DNA of 64,000 nucleotides from Iphione sp. A-MEVVRFRX5 (lineage: Eukaryota), in the NCBI GenBank assembly GCA_976226885.1, contig OZ320316.1, positions 81,902,001-81,966,000 on the forward strand, read 5' to 3'. Numbering within the stretch: position 1 is the first letter of the stretch; each line of letters begins with the position of its first letter. The notes under the pieces are model-generated. The model was not told where the DNA came from. It ran no database searches and saw only the letters and a list, made by a program, of their open reading frames with translations. Shown piece after piece: positions 40,572 to 53,916 of this stretch. Position numbers and translations under genes: made by a program.

Positions 40572-41336
40572 TAAAGAATGAATGATATTAGAGGGAAAAA
40601 ACTTGATGGCATTATGTAATGGCAGATACATCCCTTTCTCTATGGGGGGCAGTTTTTTTCTAAATCTATATGTACACCACCATCCTGTTCAATAGCAATA
40701 AGTAAAGAAACCTATTCTGTACGCTACTTCTGTTTATTATCATCAGCTGTTGTTCTTAGAACTTATTACGATACCCCATTGTAAAAAAGCACTATAACGT
40801 GGGACTGTGTACTTAGTTAAAATAATAATACTCTTTCAAAATTCGCTTTATACAATCTCTGTTTATTTGAGGTGGGTGATCTTGTTCTTCATGCACGGTG
40901 AATTGTTGCAGTGAACAGATCATGAACATCTTTGAGATATTTACACTGCAGAGTCAGTCTTTTTCAGTCTAGAACAACATAAACAACAATAAACACGTTT
41001 TATGTATTTCTACATGTACATGGGTGTATTCGTGTTGGGCCTACGGCTATGGAACACGTACGTAAGGGTTAGATGTTTTAAGAGCCTTTCGTAGGAGGCC
41101 AAGTCCCGCCATCCAGACTTCTTGAGAATAAAAAGGCAACAGTCTTATCATAAGTCAGTAGTATTGATACTATGGCATTTATCGCATACAGGAATTGGAG
41201 AAATAACAACGTGAATATTTTTATTCTGTTACGTCAATGACTTTTATCCTGCACAGAGGTCCACGTTTTTATTTTTTCATTTTCCAGATGTTATGGTTGA
41301 TACAGCGACGGTAGCAGTCGCTGTGGGCAGAAGGCC

Positions 41337-41432
41337 ATGAAGAGACGCTCTGTCACCTTTTTTGTCGTCGTGGTCTTCCTAACGTGGAATGTTATGACCT
41401 ACTTCTTCGTGGCCAGGGGGCCACAGACCAAG
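41337..41432 (+). CDS. First coding exon of a type II Golgi membrane protein, MGAT1/GnT-I-like signal anchor
   Basis: Acceptor ttttttcattttccag|41288, Kozak-like GCCATG at 41337 (frame closed by TGA at 41298), then MKRRSVTFFVVVVFLTWNVMTYFFVARGPQTK and a phase-0 donor AAG|GTAAGC. The basic tail plus TM with FxxWN aligns by eye with human MGAT1 LFVAWNALLLLFFWTRP. No catalytic exons were seen, so no symbol is assigned. Confidence 0.6.
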
Positions 41433-41927
41433 GTAAGCGGCATCTGTTATTCTATATAAAGCCAGGCGACGCACTCTGTATTGCGCGTCAACTGCTCTTC
41501 CGGTATTGGTTTCGGACAACAAAACAATTCTTTCTATGGCGCAGTGACTTGTCAAGGAAAAGATTGATGTAAATTTGGAAAAGATTTTCTGACGGCTATT
41601 TGCTAGACTGCGACCTGGACGGCGGGGATGCGATTCTCATCGATACGCAGACTGTTGTCTTGATAATTTAGCTAACATTATACAGAAAGCCACAGCCATT
41701 TAACTTTTTTTTTTTTTTACAAACTTGTCATTCGCAAACGTAGTCGACTTGATACCTTCTTACATTACATCCTCAGACTACTTGATATATCCTCACGTTA
41801 TATTCTCATACTTTTTTCTCTCCGAACCTTTTTTTAAGTAGTTGTGTAAAGATCATTGATATTTCCATCCACATACTCATTTATTATTTTTGGTAGGTTT
41901 TTCTTTCTTCCTCTTTTATCTTCAAAG

Positions 41928-42107
41928 GCTGAGCGCCTGCAGTGGCCCCTGGCTTCATCTTTTACAGAGGCTCACGATGCAAGTCATGTCCAGTTGCCAA
42001 CAGCCTTGCCTCGGGTTCGCCTGGAACAGCCAGGGTCGAGGTCCCCTCGGGCTGGTCACCCCCGATCACCCCATCACCCCGACCCCGGCCCCATGGTCTG
42101 GCAGTAG
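41928..42107 (+). CDS. Candidate second exon, Pro/Ser/His-rich stem-like peptide ending in a stop
   Basis: Long pyrimidine tract ttttctttcttcctcttttatcttcaaag|. Phase 0 continues the 41337 frame as AERLQWPLASS...PGPMVWQ*. No consensus donor before the stop. Confidence 0.3.
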   Translation, partial: AERLQWPLASSFTEAHDASHVQLPTALPRVRLEQPGSRSPRAGHPRSPHHPDPGPMVWQ

Positions 42108-45100
42108 TCCTGCCTGCTGGCCCACTCTGATAACCGTTTCCGAACCGAGCCGATCTGATCATTCGGTTTGCGTCAATCAATATAGTCATCAAAAGAAGGC
42201 TGGCCGCCGCCCTCCGACCACAAGGCAGCTAGGCAGCAAGACGCTTACTGACAGAACGATAGCAGAAGGGCGGCCAGGCGGGGCACTTAGGGAAGATGAT
42301 GCTTGTGTGATTTGCCGACCACTGCTGGGGAAGTATTAAAAGGCACACACATACTGAAAACTCACAAGCCGCAGTCGAATGAAATGTGGTCATTTGCCTG
42401 TTTATGTCGATTTCCCCTATCTCTAGGAAAGAGTTTGGTATTTTTTTGCACAGACTCACCTTCCCCTCTTTTCCCCATGGGGACTTTGATAGCAAACCTA
42501 GCTAATTCTTGAAACAACGTTAATGTGGCAACTGAAAGTACATGTATGAAGTAGTGCGGTATCTGAGTAATAACTGCAGGGCCGAGCGGTCCGCTACCAT
42601 TGACGTATAGTGATATCAGCGTCTATGTCATGGCAAGGGTTTCCTTTTCATTCCTTATTCATCGCCCTTAATATCCCCATAGTGACAGATAGTCTCTAGG
42701 CGAAATTCATAAATCAAGAGTTCGCCAAGTAATTTTTGACGCAGCCCCTCGCCCAGTAGGTGGGGCGTCTATGCTTCCCACAAGCGCCGAGACTATCACG
42801 TCATAATCTTGACTCAAAAACTCGGAGCAAGTGAGTCAGAATAATTGCTTGCGCCAAAAAATTCCTGTCACATTGATCTATGGGCTTCCGTCACTCAGCA
42901 TTGGGGGGATAGTCAGCAAAAGTGCGCGGCTGATAAGCCCTTCGGATTGGAGTGTGGGTGTTTTCATCAATATTCCTACAGCCAGCAACTTAGATGAGGA
43001 TAGTGTACATTAACCTGGAGCAGCTAGCTCGAAATCTTCCTAGTCTTTTGTGCACTGAGCGCTGCATTCATGCTGAAGGCGTCAGATCGGCTCGTGTTCC
43101 TCCCCTCCTTCCGTCGAAAAAGGAATCCACATTAAAACCCTTGGTAATGTAAGTGCCAGACGTTAGAAAAAATTAATTTCTCAACGTGCCTGCGTGGCAT
43201 TGTGATTAGAATCGGACACTGCGCCGCGCCTTAACGATATAGGTACTTTTTTATGACTTTGCAGAAACGAAAATGAAGCCAGTAGATTTGCTCGATATAC
43301 GGAGCTGCCGGTGCCGAGCAAGTGTCTGACATTGAACGTAGGAATTTAACTCTGACGTTGTTAGAGTTGACGAGATAAGATAAGGACCGGTCGATAGGGG
43401 ATCGCGTTAACCGATCTACGCCGGTCGACGGGCTGACGCTGAGACGCTATCCGATGCGCCACCTAGAGACTTACATGGGCACCCATGGGTCTCCTACTTT
43501 AGTGATGTGATACATCATTTTAGTGAATGTCAGCTAGGGACAAAAAGCTTTCAACTTGCTAACATGCATTCGGAGTTAGGAAAATGCCTTACCAAATCAT
43601 TGAATGGGCACGTTTTCGTTTATGTTTCGAACATTATGAATAAATATTTCGTTTCATCCATCAAAAGAAGCATAGAAAAAATGAATTACTTAAAAAAAAC
43701 GCATATCATGTTGACGTGTGAATCACAAAGAAAACATTTCTCCAAAATGCGCATCTCTTGTACTGTTTTTAAATGATGACTGATATTTCGAAAATACATG
43801 CAAATGTCTTTTTTAGAAAAAGAAATGACGATCGAGTGAAAAAAAACGGCGATACTGAAAGCAAACTTACGCTAGGTCACGTATTAATGCGTGCTTCCGC
43901 TTTACTTGGTAACCTTTGTTCCATCTAGAAAGGAGAATGAAAAGAGACAAACAAGTGGACCTCCGAAGAAAAACGTATGAACAAAAGAGGGAAGCCTACC
44001 TTATCACATAACTAGAGGATCAGTTCAAAGGCAAGGTTCTCGCTCGCCCAGTCGGTCAAAAGGTCTCACTGTTAAAATCTTATGGAAACAGTTCACCCTT
44101 AATCAATCCTATTGTCCGGGAGAGTTCCAGCCAGGAGGCATCAATCTACTTACCCTCTCCACTCACATATCGTTTACGTTTGGCACCCTTTTACAAGAAG
44201 TACCGGGGACACGGGCCTTAGCCGGTGTCTGTTACCGAGGTGGCTTGCCGAGTGGTAGGCATAGAGCAGCTCTCGCCTTATTGATATGGATGTCGGGGCC
44301 GAGCGGCTTGGACGGTCAGGGCTGACCCGGTGGGACAACGGTCGATGTGCCTAGACAGGGCGGACAGGAGTCGTTATCCATCTCACAACAAATGGGTGTC
44401 TCAGATGGCGTCGCTCCGTTGTCACCAGCCACTGAAGGGAAAAAAACATTCACAGCTGCAAAAAGTGTGTACAAGGAGATGCCATTTCCGAAAGCCTGCT
44501 AGTCTGCACTAGACGGGATGAGTCCCCGTACTCACATAGGGTGGTTCGATGTCGCCTGAGCCAGACTGGCTGATCATATCGGTCTGACGCCCCGTTGTGA
44601 GGGAAGATGGAGGGATGCGGAAGGTTGTGCGACCGCATATCGTCACTGGCACCAATCGCCCGCCCTCCCCGATACCCCATGGCTTTCCCGTAGACATAGC
44701 ATTTTATCCACCATGTTTTATGCCATATAGCCTTAATCCTATGATTGATGTGGTTACGTTTGTTATTTGGCACAGGCTGCCTTCCCCTCGCCAAGTATAT
44801 TTTGTCAAGACTCTTGTTTCGTGTCTACCTGCGGCTTTTCGTGAGTGGCTTCCCTCATGGCTTCTCTTCCTGTCTGTCTTGCTGTCTACGCACTGCGCAG
44901 TCTAGTACGAGCCGGTTTCCTGCAGCAGCGACTGACATTTGTTTGTATGCCCCATTGAAGCAGACATGAATGGAAGGAAGCGACTGACTACCAGAATAGC
45001 GGGTGATCTAACGGACGTTGGCCGCAGCTGGTATTCCCGAAGGATTCACGCCCCGCCTACGAGGGGATCAGGTCCCGCCCCGGATCCAGGTGTTAGTGCG

Positions 45101-46065
45101 TAATGGCCTATCACATGATGGCATATGAAGAGCTGCCGCACCTGAGTCATGCTGCTTTTAGGGCCGGGTGAAAGGGCCACGCCAGTGCGCTCCTTGTCAG
45201 GGCGTGCTCACCCTTCCCCATTTTCTGCATCCCGTCCAATGCTTCGTGTGATATCGTCCAATGCCTGAGCCACTGGCGTGACTCTTCATGGTACATCAGG
45301 TGTGCTGGCTTCCCATTAGATCCATAATTACCAGGCTGAGTAGGCTGTCTCAATCCTAATTCAGTCCTCTACACGAAGTTTGTAAAATCAAAAATACATC
45401 CGAAATCCTTGTCCAATTGCGTTACTGAAATATAAGTTCGCTTGGAGGTGCTGAAATCCACTAACATTTAATTAAGCGCGTTTTATTGGTTTAAATCACA
45501 TCCATGAGAAAGAATATGAGCTAATGGAGTGAAAGACCCCACATTAGTACTTCTGCGTCGTAAGGCAGCCGGTAATTGGCAAGCATTATCCAAAGCCTTT
45601 CTTCCATTTCTCTAATCCCTCTATCTTTATAGCTGAAGGATGGCGTGCAACCCCATATGATCCAATAGCTTCTTCTTAGCCCGAACTCAACCCGTATCCC
45701 GAGTGGTTAGCGCGCTCTTGACGCCAGGTGATAGCCTTGCCGCTATAACCATTGCCTTCAGATTGTACTGAGACTACCCCCTGCCCACCAGGCGACCCCC
45801 CGACCTCGACTTTTCGGCTTAACATCCATTACCTTGAGACGAAGGAGAGACACTTGGAGCAATGACCTCCAATTCAGACCTTTCGTAGCTCATCAATTCG
45901 TGGCTTCTCCTCTGACACGTTGGAGTGTGGAGTATTCTTCTCGGCGAGGTAGTAGATCATGCTTTCATGTATTAAGTCGCAAAACTGCAAGCATATTTTG
46001 ATGGCTGCGCACCACCGTTATCATCCAGACGTATTTACAGGCTCTGCGCAGCAGCTGCCTGAGAT

Positions 46066-46233
46066 AACCGCGACAACGGGGTAATGTGTCCGGCTTTCGA
46101 CTGGCTGCAGGCAAAAAAATTACGCAAATGGAAAGAGAAATCACCTGTCAGCCCGATGAGCACAAGCAATTTTTTGCCCGCCGAAAAATGTACTGTTTAT
46201 ATTGAAAAATGTGTGGGCCGGCTTAAGATGTAC
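46066..46233 (+). mobile_element. Weak PIF/Harbinger (DDE_Tnp_4-like) transposase C-terminal relic
   Basis: GVMCPAF...EKCTVYIEKCVGRLKMY resembles GVxLxIPPF...AxxRIHVERxIGRLKxF. The upstream DxGF motif was not found. Confidence 0.2.
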
Positions 46234-47019
46234 GTGACTGAATCACAGGACGAACTATTCGAGCTGCTCCTTTCAGGCATGATCTGCTCACCAAGTGCTC
46301 CACTTCTTAAGGCAAAGTCTTTTGTCTGCGAAACACAAATGCTGTTTCTGGAGATCCATATCCAGCACGCTTTTGTGTGCCTCTGGCAAGAAGTCTTTGG
46401 ACCCTAATGTCATGGGATGTAATGCATTAATGAATCACACCTTTACATGTTTTTTTTCTTCGTTTATCGTCCAGTGTTTTGTTACTTGCTTGTCTGTATT
46501 GTGAACCACCTTTCGTGCTGGGAAAATCGGGCCAGGTAGATTTATCTCCTGGCGGACATCTGCCTGAATGCCCGCTGACGTTAAGAAATCATCTCGATCT
46601 GCAATTTTTCCACTATTAATCCGACCTGTTGGCTAAAGCTGCTTTAGGCGTTTGTAATGAAATGGTTTTCCTTGAACGACTCATTCTGCTTTTATAGTGC
46701 GAAGAACCTGTGATAATACTTTTTTTGTTTATCCGTATTGGTTGCTGGTCCGGTTTCGATTCTTTGTGAGGAAAAAAACCTCTTTTGTCGTGTCAGTGTC
46801 AGCATATTACTCCGCCACGTATAGTTGCTTAGAAAAAAAAGACCCGTGTTTTTTCCTGTATGATTGAGGTATGGGGCCTTCACACAATGTGCAGTAATGA
46901 AAGTATACGATGGGCATCTCCAAAAGACCTGTGATGTTAAAGCTTTCTCCTTGCGAGCCAGGATACTTAAGCTTGGAATACTTCCTATGGGATTTCTGGT
47001 TTCCTGCTTCATCTTTTTC

Positions 47020-47125
47020 TCTCTAAACCTACCTGTGTCTGTCTGTTCGTCTGTATCTCTTTTTCTCTCTCTGCCTCTCGCCCCTCATTCTCTCCCGTCT
47101 CTCCTTCCGCCTCTTCAGTATCTCA
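47020..47125. repeat. CT-rich low-complexity tract
   Basis: tctctctaaacctacctgtgtctgtctgttcgtctgtatctctttttctctctctgcctctc... Confidence 0.6.
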
Positions 47126-50100
47126 CTGTCCCGTTTTGGTAACCGCTCAATCGTTCAGGTGATGGATACGGGCTTCCTTCCATGGGAGCCTGATGCGAAA
47201 TGAAAAATTCTTCATTGTTTATTCATATACCTCCCGTTTTACGATGGGTAAAGACAAATGTAATTTTCTTTTGCTTCCTGTAATAGAAAAGCCCCCGGGG
47301 TAATGATCAGAAGAAACATATACAGTACACACCGTTAGGGAAGGTGGAGAAAAACGTGAAGTACATGTACTTAGTCATGACGAGCCAGCAAGCCTGAACC
47401 AATGTTACTGTGTAGTAAATACACATTGTCGCCCTTCACGACCTTCTACTGTGAGGTCTTTCTAATTTGCTTCTGAATGTCGTGAATGGAATTAATAAGG
47501 ACCGGAGGTACTGGAGAAGAGTAGTAATTTGGTGATGGTGTTTCTTTCTTAATGAAAGTCTCTGGGTGGCGGATACACATGGTAGCACAGCCAGCGTGCA
47601 TAGTATTGAAGTAGTTGAGGGGTACGTCATCGCACGGGGCACACTGCAGAAGTTAATTATTTTAATCTGGCATTGGAGACAGAAGTCCGCCGAGAATATT
47701 TTTTCCCTACACGCATTAGGCGCCATTTTGAACCAACTGTAATATTTGCATTGTTACACTTGATTAATAAAAATGCAACAATACATGCTTATGTACCCTC
47801 AGCTCAATGGCAGTATGCCCGTTGCCATTCATCAGTACGTAGCGTTTTAGTGGCAACGGTGTGAGCGCAAGTGGCATACTTTTAATCCAAAGACCTGCAG
47901 TGTTTAGAATACATTGTGCTAGTATTTGCATGTACTCGCCATTTGCAACCGAGAATCTAGGGATTTGAAGTAAATAGGGCCACGTTTCTATGTACGTGTA
48001 AATCATTCGAGCAGTTGGCTTCCCGTTGAAATATGCATATCCCGTGTTCCGTTGTTGGGTGTCTACTTTTGGCGTTGTAATCACCGGCATGCCTTAGCCT
48101 TCACCGACACCCTGAGGGTACACACAACACGTGTAATAGTGCTGTCATCATCTCGCATGATATGTTAGTCAGGTTAACAAGTGTGCCCCCTGCCAGTGGT
48201 TAATATCCGGCCGTATCCGCCGCCCGCTGATGAGCAGGACCGTGAGGTCAGGTAGCCTGAGTGCACGATGATCAGCTTGCCTCAGGCAGAAAACTCCCCT
48301 CACGGCAATAACCCTTACCTCCAGCAACCCCTTCTCCCTCCCGTCCACATCCCTGGGCCAAGTGCATATTATAGGCATACCCGAGTGCGAACGTTAATGG
48401 AGTTCTCATAGAGGTGGCCCTAGGGTTTGTAATAATTTCGCATAATTTCCATAATCTCCCCCTCCTTTTTGAATATTTTCCCACCCAACTGATTACGTAC
48501 TCGACTTTAATGAGTTTCCGCGAGGGCAGGACTGCCCTTTGGCATACAGGCGCAAGATAATGCGTGGCCTTTGCACTGCTAAGATATATACACTGTATGT
48601 CCTTGTAGAGCCAACGTGGTTACCTAATGCCGTACCTAATCCCCCTATACAGTTTACCACCCATCCCCAACCACCTCAAAGACGAAGGACTGCTTTGTCC
48701 TGCCAGTGTTTTTTTCACCATCGAAACCCTCGGGCTGGTACCCTAATTAACCATGAGTAGACATCATCGTGCGTTGCCTTAGCGAAAACTGACGTCACCC
48801 ACGAAGCGTCATTAAAGCCATCCTGGAAAACGTAGTCATTAGAGACTCAAATTGCAGCCGTTGTGTCTCGTTACACGGCGGCAGTTGATTTACGCTCGGC
48901 CGTAAACACTTTAAACTGCTCTTGAGGGCTGCTCTGTTCTTCTACACAGTGTCGTTAATGTTAATATACGTACGCACGCTTCTTGCCAGAGAAGTCTCCT
49001 GAGTGATAAGAGTTTATGTTAGTTAAGGCTGGACGTACGCAGTTCGTCAACATCACTTAGTTACGTTCACAACTCGTTAACAGTCAACTGGGCTTTGTTT
49101 TTTTGGCGAAGCTGGGTGCTTATTGCACAACAACAGTAGTGCGTGGTGTATGTCAGTGACAGCACTGTGTTCCCTTGGGAGGAAAACCTCAAAAAGACTG
49201 AGGATCTGACACTAAAATGATTTTGGTGTCCTTGTGACTGACCTGCGACCTCGTTATTAGGGCCTTTCTCAGCCTGCAGGTATAATCATGGCCACAGCGA
49301 TCCGTTAAGAGCCACTCCTCTTTTATCTTTGACGCTGGAACCTTCGGGCCAGCGATGGCTTAAGGTCCTAATGCGATCAAAGGATGTCGTGATTAATGCC
49401 AGAATAAGCACGTATACCTCCATTAGCCCAACAGGTTGTTGTACCTCTGAGCTGATAGATGTCAAACAAGCCATAATGAAAGTCGCTGGCAGACACTATG
49501 TCTTTTGCATGTGTATTTAGGACTACCATGGACTATTTGTACATGGGCTGCCAGCCTGCTTTTTATATAACATGTGCTGAGAACTAAGAGCCAGTGAGCG
49601 AATGCCCTTTTTTCTAGGGACGACAGAATCTGGTTGAACATATGTGACTTTTCACCTAAAAAACATTGAACGATTCTTGTAAGTCGTGATTGCCTTTGTG
49701 AAAAGCGCTTAATGCGACATAGCTTCATTTTTTCACATTTTCGACTTACCATCTAGATGATGGAGTTGAAAACACTTCGAGAATGGATAAAATGTATTTG
49801 AAATATGCTAGAGAACAAAAGCTCCCCATCGTACATGAAATACAGATGGCAGACTGTTGCTTATATTAAACTCTCGTTACTGTACAGATTGCCGTCCTCT
49901 TTGTTGGTCTGGCTATCCAGCTGAGACGGCCATGCCCCTAAAGTATCTTATACCCTATTCAATGGCAAGAGCAACGAGATAGAGGAGACCGTCGCCTCGT
50001 GGTCACGTTGATAGCAAGACTGCACATAGCCCGTTCTGGTGAACGGCGAACGGTGCTGGCATTGTTGGCTCATGTCCGGCAAATACGAGGCCGATACACA

Positions 50101-53100
50101 GGCAGTAGCTGCTGTATGACAGCCCATCCATAAAGCCATTGTACCTACGCTTTATTGAGTCGCCAATGCATCCGGCTTGTTTATCTCCATTCCCCAGTGA
50201 ACAAAAAAGCACGCTCTGGCTAGCAGCATGTAGACGACTATGGGTCATCAATCCATGTTTGTCGTGGCTGCCAAGGTAAACCTATCTCATAACACCTGGT
50301 GCACACTATGACAAACCACTTTTAAGGGCGATCTTAGCAGCGATATAGTGATCTCTCCGGGCAAGTTCTCCATTCTCGACGTCACACAGGACGTCAAGGT
50401 GATTAGGAATTTTTGCCTTGGCGTCGTAGTGATTATATTCCGCCAGCCGACGTACATTTCTAACCGCCAACCACAGTCAATATTCAGTTTGGCAGCGCTA
50501 CAAAAGCCCCAGGAGCTGTCCTTGAGGAGCGTGTTCGGAGTCTTTGAATTACAACCCCCTGGAGACGTGTTGACCTTGCGGTTCTTTGCGCTCAGCCTTT
50601 AATGGTTTCCTTGTCACATAATGACTGACAGGAAAAGATATTGCTTGCCAGACGTTGCAATGAATTTTCTCCCGTCAGCTTTTTCTCTCCCACAGCACAT
50701 CGGGTAAGGGCGTGAAGAATACTGTGATAAGCGCCATGTAAAATGAAACCACACGATACGTGTTCATGTCCGATTCCTTGACAAATATTGATTCTTTAAA
50801 TGTGAAATTTAATGCCTCTATTGCAGTGCGGATAATACAACAAAAGTGCTACCATGACTAAATCCGAAATCCGCCTTTTCTAATCAGCGGGAGAATTGCA
50901 TGCTTGAGAGTAGTTACTCACGCAACACAGAGAAAATCTTTGGCTGATTCCATCATTTCGATAAATATGGGACCAGCGAGCGTATCTCACTGGCAGTGGT
51001 ATTATCGCTAGCCGGCCGCAAATCATGTGGTGGCGTGTTTTTTTCTGGGGCAGCGCCAGGCTACGCTCGTTGCACGGTGCACCTCACGTTAGATGGGCGC
51101 ACGTCTCACATGGCCCGCACCAGCCAGACACCCAGGCGAGCAATAAAGACTTGGGGAGCGGATGACGCGCCGGCTCCCGCGAGGGTTATTAGCAATAGAC
51201 GTGATAGCGCGACCTAATCATACACTATCATTAAAATGCTTCATCACAGGTCCCCTCGTATATATCAGGCCCCTGCCGTCCCGCCCCACAACAGACCCCT
51301 GGCCGCAAGGCCGGCCAGGCTGCCTTGTCTGCCTTGTCTCCGAAGCCACCCCCGCCCCTCCTCCGTCACCCTCTTACGGTCTACGACCTAGTCGGTTGGT
51401 ATGACCTGTAGCAGACGTTTTGGATCATTTTTAACGTTTATTTTGCTATAAATGCTCTCTAGAAATGATTTATTTCAGCAGCTCGTATCGGTGGGAGGTT
51501 TAGTGGGCCCAAAAGAGAGTTTTTGATTCGCGCGCTAATAGGAAACGCTGGGCGCATTCGGCCATATAGTCATAGAGCCCGATGGTCTGTGACGGCCAGA
51601 GGTCCCGACGCCACCTATGAATGTGTCATATCCGCGGATATGTTACCAGAGTAATGAGAGGATCGCAGATGTATGTGTCTCGGCTTGTTGTGCCGATTTG
51701 CCGGCGCGGTAGTAGTGGACCCTTGCAACGGTGATATATGGGGTTATAAACCTTTTGCCATAGGACGCGGTGCCACAATGGCCTGCAGACTGGTGCAGCT
51801 GCTGCCAAAACTAGTCTGGCTCTGGTGCGTCTGTCCAAAATTGCTTTTAATTCCAGGGTGGTGAATGGCAGTTTACACGCCATAGTACCTGTGTGTATTT
51901 AATTATGTAATTTGTGTTTTTCTTGACCCAAGTGCCCCGCGTGGCGTGTGCTATGCTCGATATTATGCATAAGCATAAAGAAGATGAATACATGTACCGC
52001 CCCATCCCCCTCTTTCCTACAGTACTGAGATTACAGTAAACGCAATCATGTTTTTGTTATTCAGTTTTCCATTATATTACGTGACAGTTAATCACTGAAG
52101 ACTTCGGATGACTGCGAGTATACCAGCGTTTCTTCGATGCATGAAAACGATACTTATGGTATTTCTGGTGCCCAGACTGGTTAGCAAAGCGGATTTTGTT
52201 TCACTGGCAAGTTCATATACCCCAATAATTCAGGTATGTTTGTAACCAATAGGTTAGCCAGCCATGAGGCATCAAAATAGGTGCATGGGTTGAGTAACTA
52301 GCCAACTAGAAGAAGTAGCTGAGACATGAACAGGATCGAGCTGAGAGGGTTTGCGTTATGTACACATACATGTATAGAAATAAGGAAATAAATAAACACT
52401 GCCGGCAAACAGTGATATTCCTTGAGAATGCGGTACTGCTTCCAACGTAATGACCACAGACGTTGTTTCAAAACCAGGTTCATTTTGAGTTTAAATCGTT
52501 GTTTTGCATGTCAGTATGGATTGCCGCTGGGCCGGCTCCCCCCGTCCCCTACAACGTACCTGTTGATTATATACATGTGCTATGAGTACTTAGTTATTAT
52601 TGCTTATAATTGCATGTCCGCACAGGAGAACTCAATTTGGATAACGGTGCCAGGGCCACGGCAGCAAGAATTCGGTAGATCACAAGAACGAATAAATGTA
52701 AGAACTCGTTGATGTCCTCTGCCCCTTACTATCTAAGTTGCATGCCCAGTGTAGAATTGATTGCCGGTTTGGATGTCAGCACAGAGTCCCTACCATTTTA
52801 CATGGGAAAAGAACGTCAAATTGTATGAGCAGTTCCGATGGATATAGTTTTATTCATTGGCAATATGTCATTTTCATTACGAGATGCTGAGCAGTTTATT
52901 TGGTGAGATTGACCCTCGTGACCACCCGTTCTCTCAGTGTGAAATAGGAGGTCCATAACAGACATGAGTGGGAAACCAAAGAGTGGGGTGCCCCGTACTG
53001 GGGGGAACTGGACAGAAGACTTTTCCCTAACCTAACACGCACAAGCTCTCCACTTTGCGTGCATAGGACAGCTAATTCAGCACAGTACAGTAAGCTTTCA

Positions 53101-53439
53101 TTTTCGACAGGCCTAGCGTTGAGTCCTTTTTGTATCTGGTCTTCATTGCATTTATTTCACCTTCTAACGAAACTTTGGGGGGGGGGGGAAAGAGAATAAA
53201 ATAGGAACAATGTGAACGGTCATGGAAATTACTTCCTAAAGGGGTAGAATTCATGTTACGAAGCATATCAAGTAGACAAGAGAAAATTATAGAATTGAAG
53301 ATTTACGTTATGAGGATACAGTCGAACGTCCCCATTCCGGACATGCTCGGTTCTGCATCAAACTGTCCGCATTTCAGACGTGGCCGGTTTGTAGATCTGT
53401 TAGTAGGATATAGACTGGGGGTCAAACCTGGAAATGTAA

Positions 53440-53440
<1 letters not shown>

Positions 53441-53506
<66 letters not shown>
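53441..53506. repeat. (CT)n/(CTGTCT)n microsatellite inside the MITE
   Basis: Read directly. Confidence 0.95.
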
Positions 53507-53508
<2 letters not shown>

Positions 53509-53517
53509 AAGTGTATT

Positions 53518-53675
53518 TCCTAAAAGTACTGAATTTGACTGGTTAAATTCCTAAAAGTACTGAATTTGACTGGTAAAAGTCCTAAAAGTACTGAATTTGA
53601 CTGGCAAAAGTCCTAAAAGTACTGAATTTGACCAGTAAGAGTCCTAAAAGTACCAAATTTGACCAGTAAAAGTCC
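53518..53675. repeat. 31-bp tandem repeat, 5 copies plus a partial
   Basis: TCCTAAAAGTACTGAATTTGACTGG... units start at 53518, 53549, 53580, 53611 and 53642. They are head-to-tail with no spacers. Confidence 0.95.
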
Positions 53676-53680
53676 AAATG

Positions 53681-53916
53681 TTTATTCATGTCTACCTTTG
53701 AAAGTGACTTCTCAGGCCTCTCTGTTGCCCCAAATTAGTGCAACAGAATCTTGTCCACAAGGTTTGTTCATGTCTACCTTTAAAAGTGACTACTCAGGCC
53801 TCTCTGCAGCACCAAATTTGTGTGACAACACCTTGTCCACAAGGTTTATTCATATCTACCTTTGAAAATGACTTCTAAGGCCTCTCTGCAGGCCCAAATT
53901 CGTGCGACAACACCTT
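53681..53916. repeat. 82-bp tandem repeat, about 2.9 copies
   Basis: TTT(A/G)TTCAT(G/A)TCTACCTTT... units start at 53681, 53763 and 53845. Confidence 0.93.

Noticed and set aside
41890-42339. 149-aa ORF overlapping the candidate second exon
   Set aside because: Starts inside a pyrimidine tract, lies in GC-rich sequence with few stops, and has no recognisable product.
49462-49752. C2H2-like RLAAHVQIVH..KYTC peptide and a 3-nt AG|ATG|GTAAGT micro-exon shape on the minus strand
   Set aside because: The CxxC pair is missing. The micro-exon shape has a weak tract and no supporting gene.
53518-53675. 31-bp array as a CRISPR or iteron origin
   Set aside because: No spacers and no replication gene; it lies inside a MITE.
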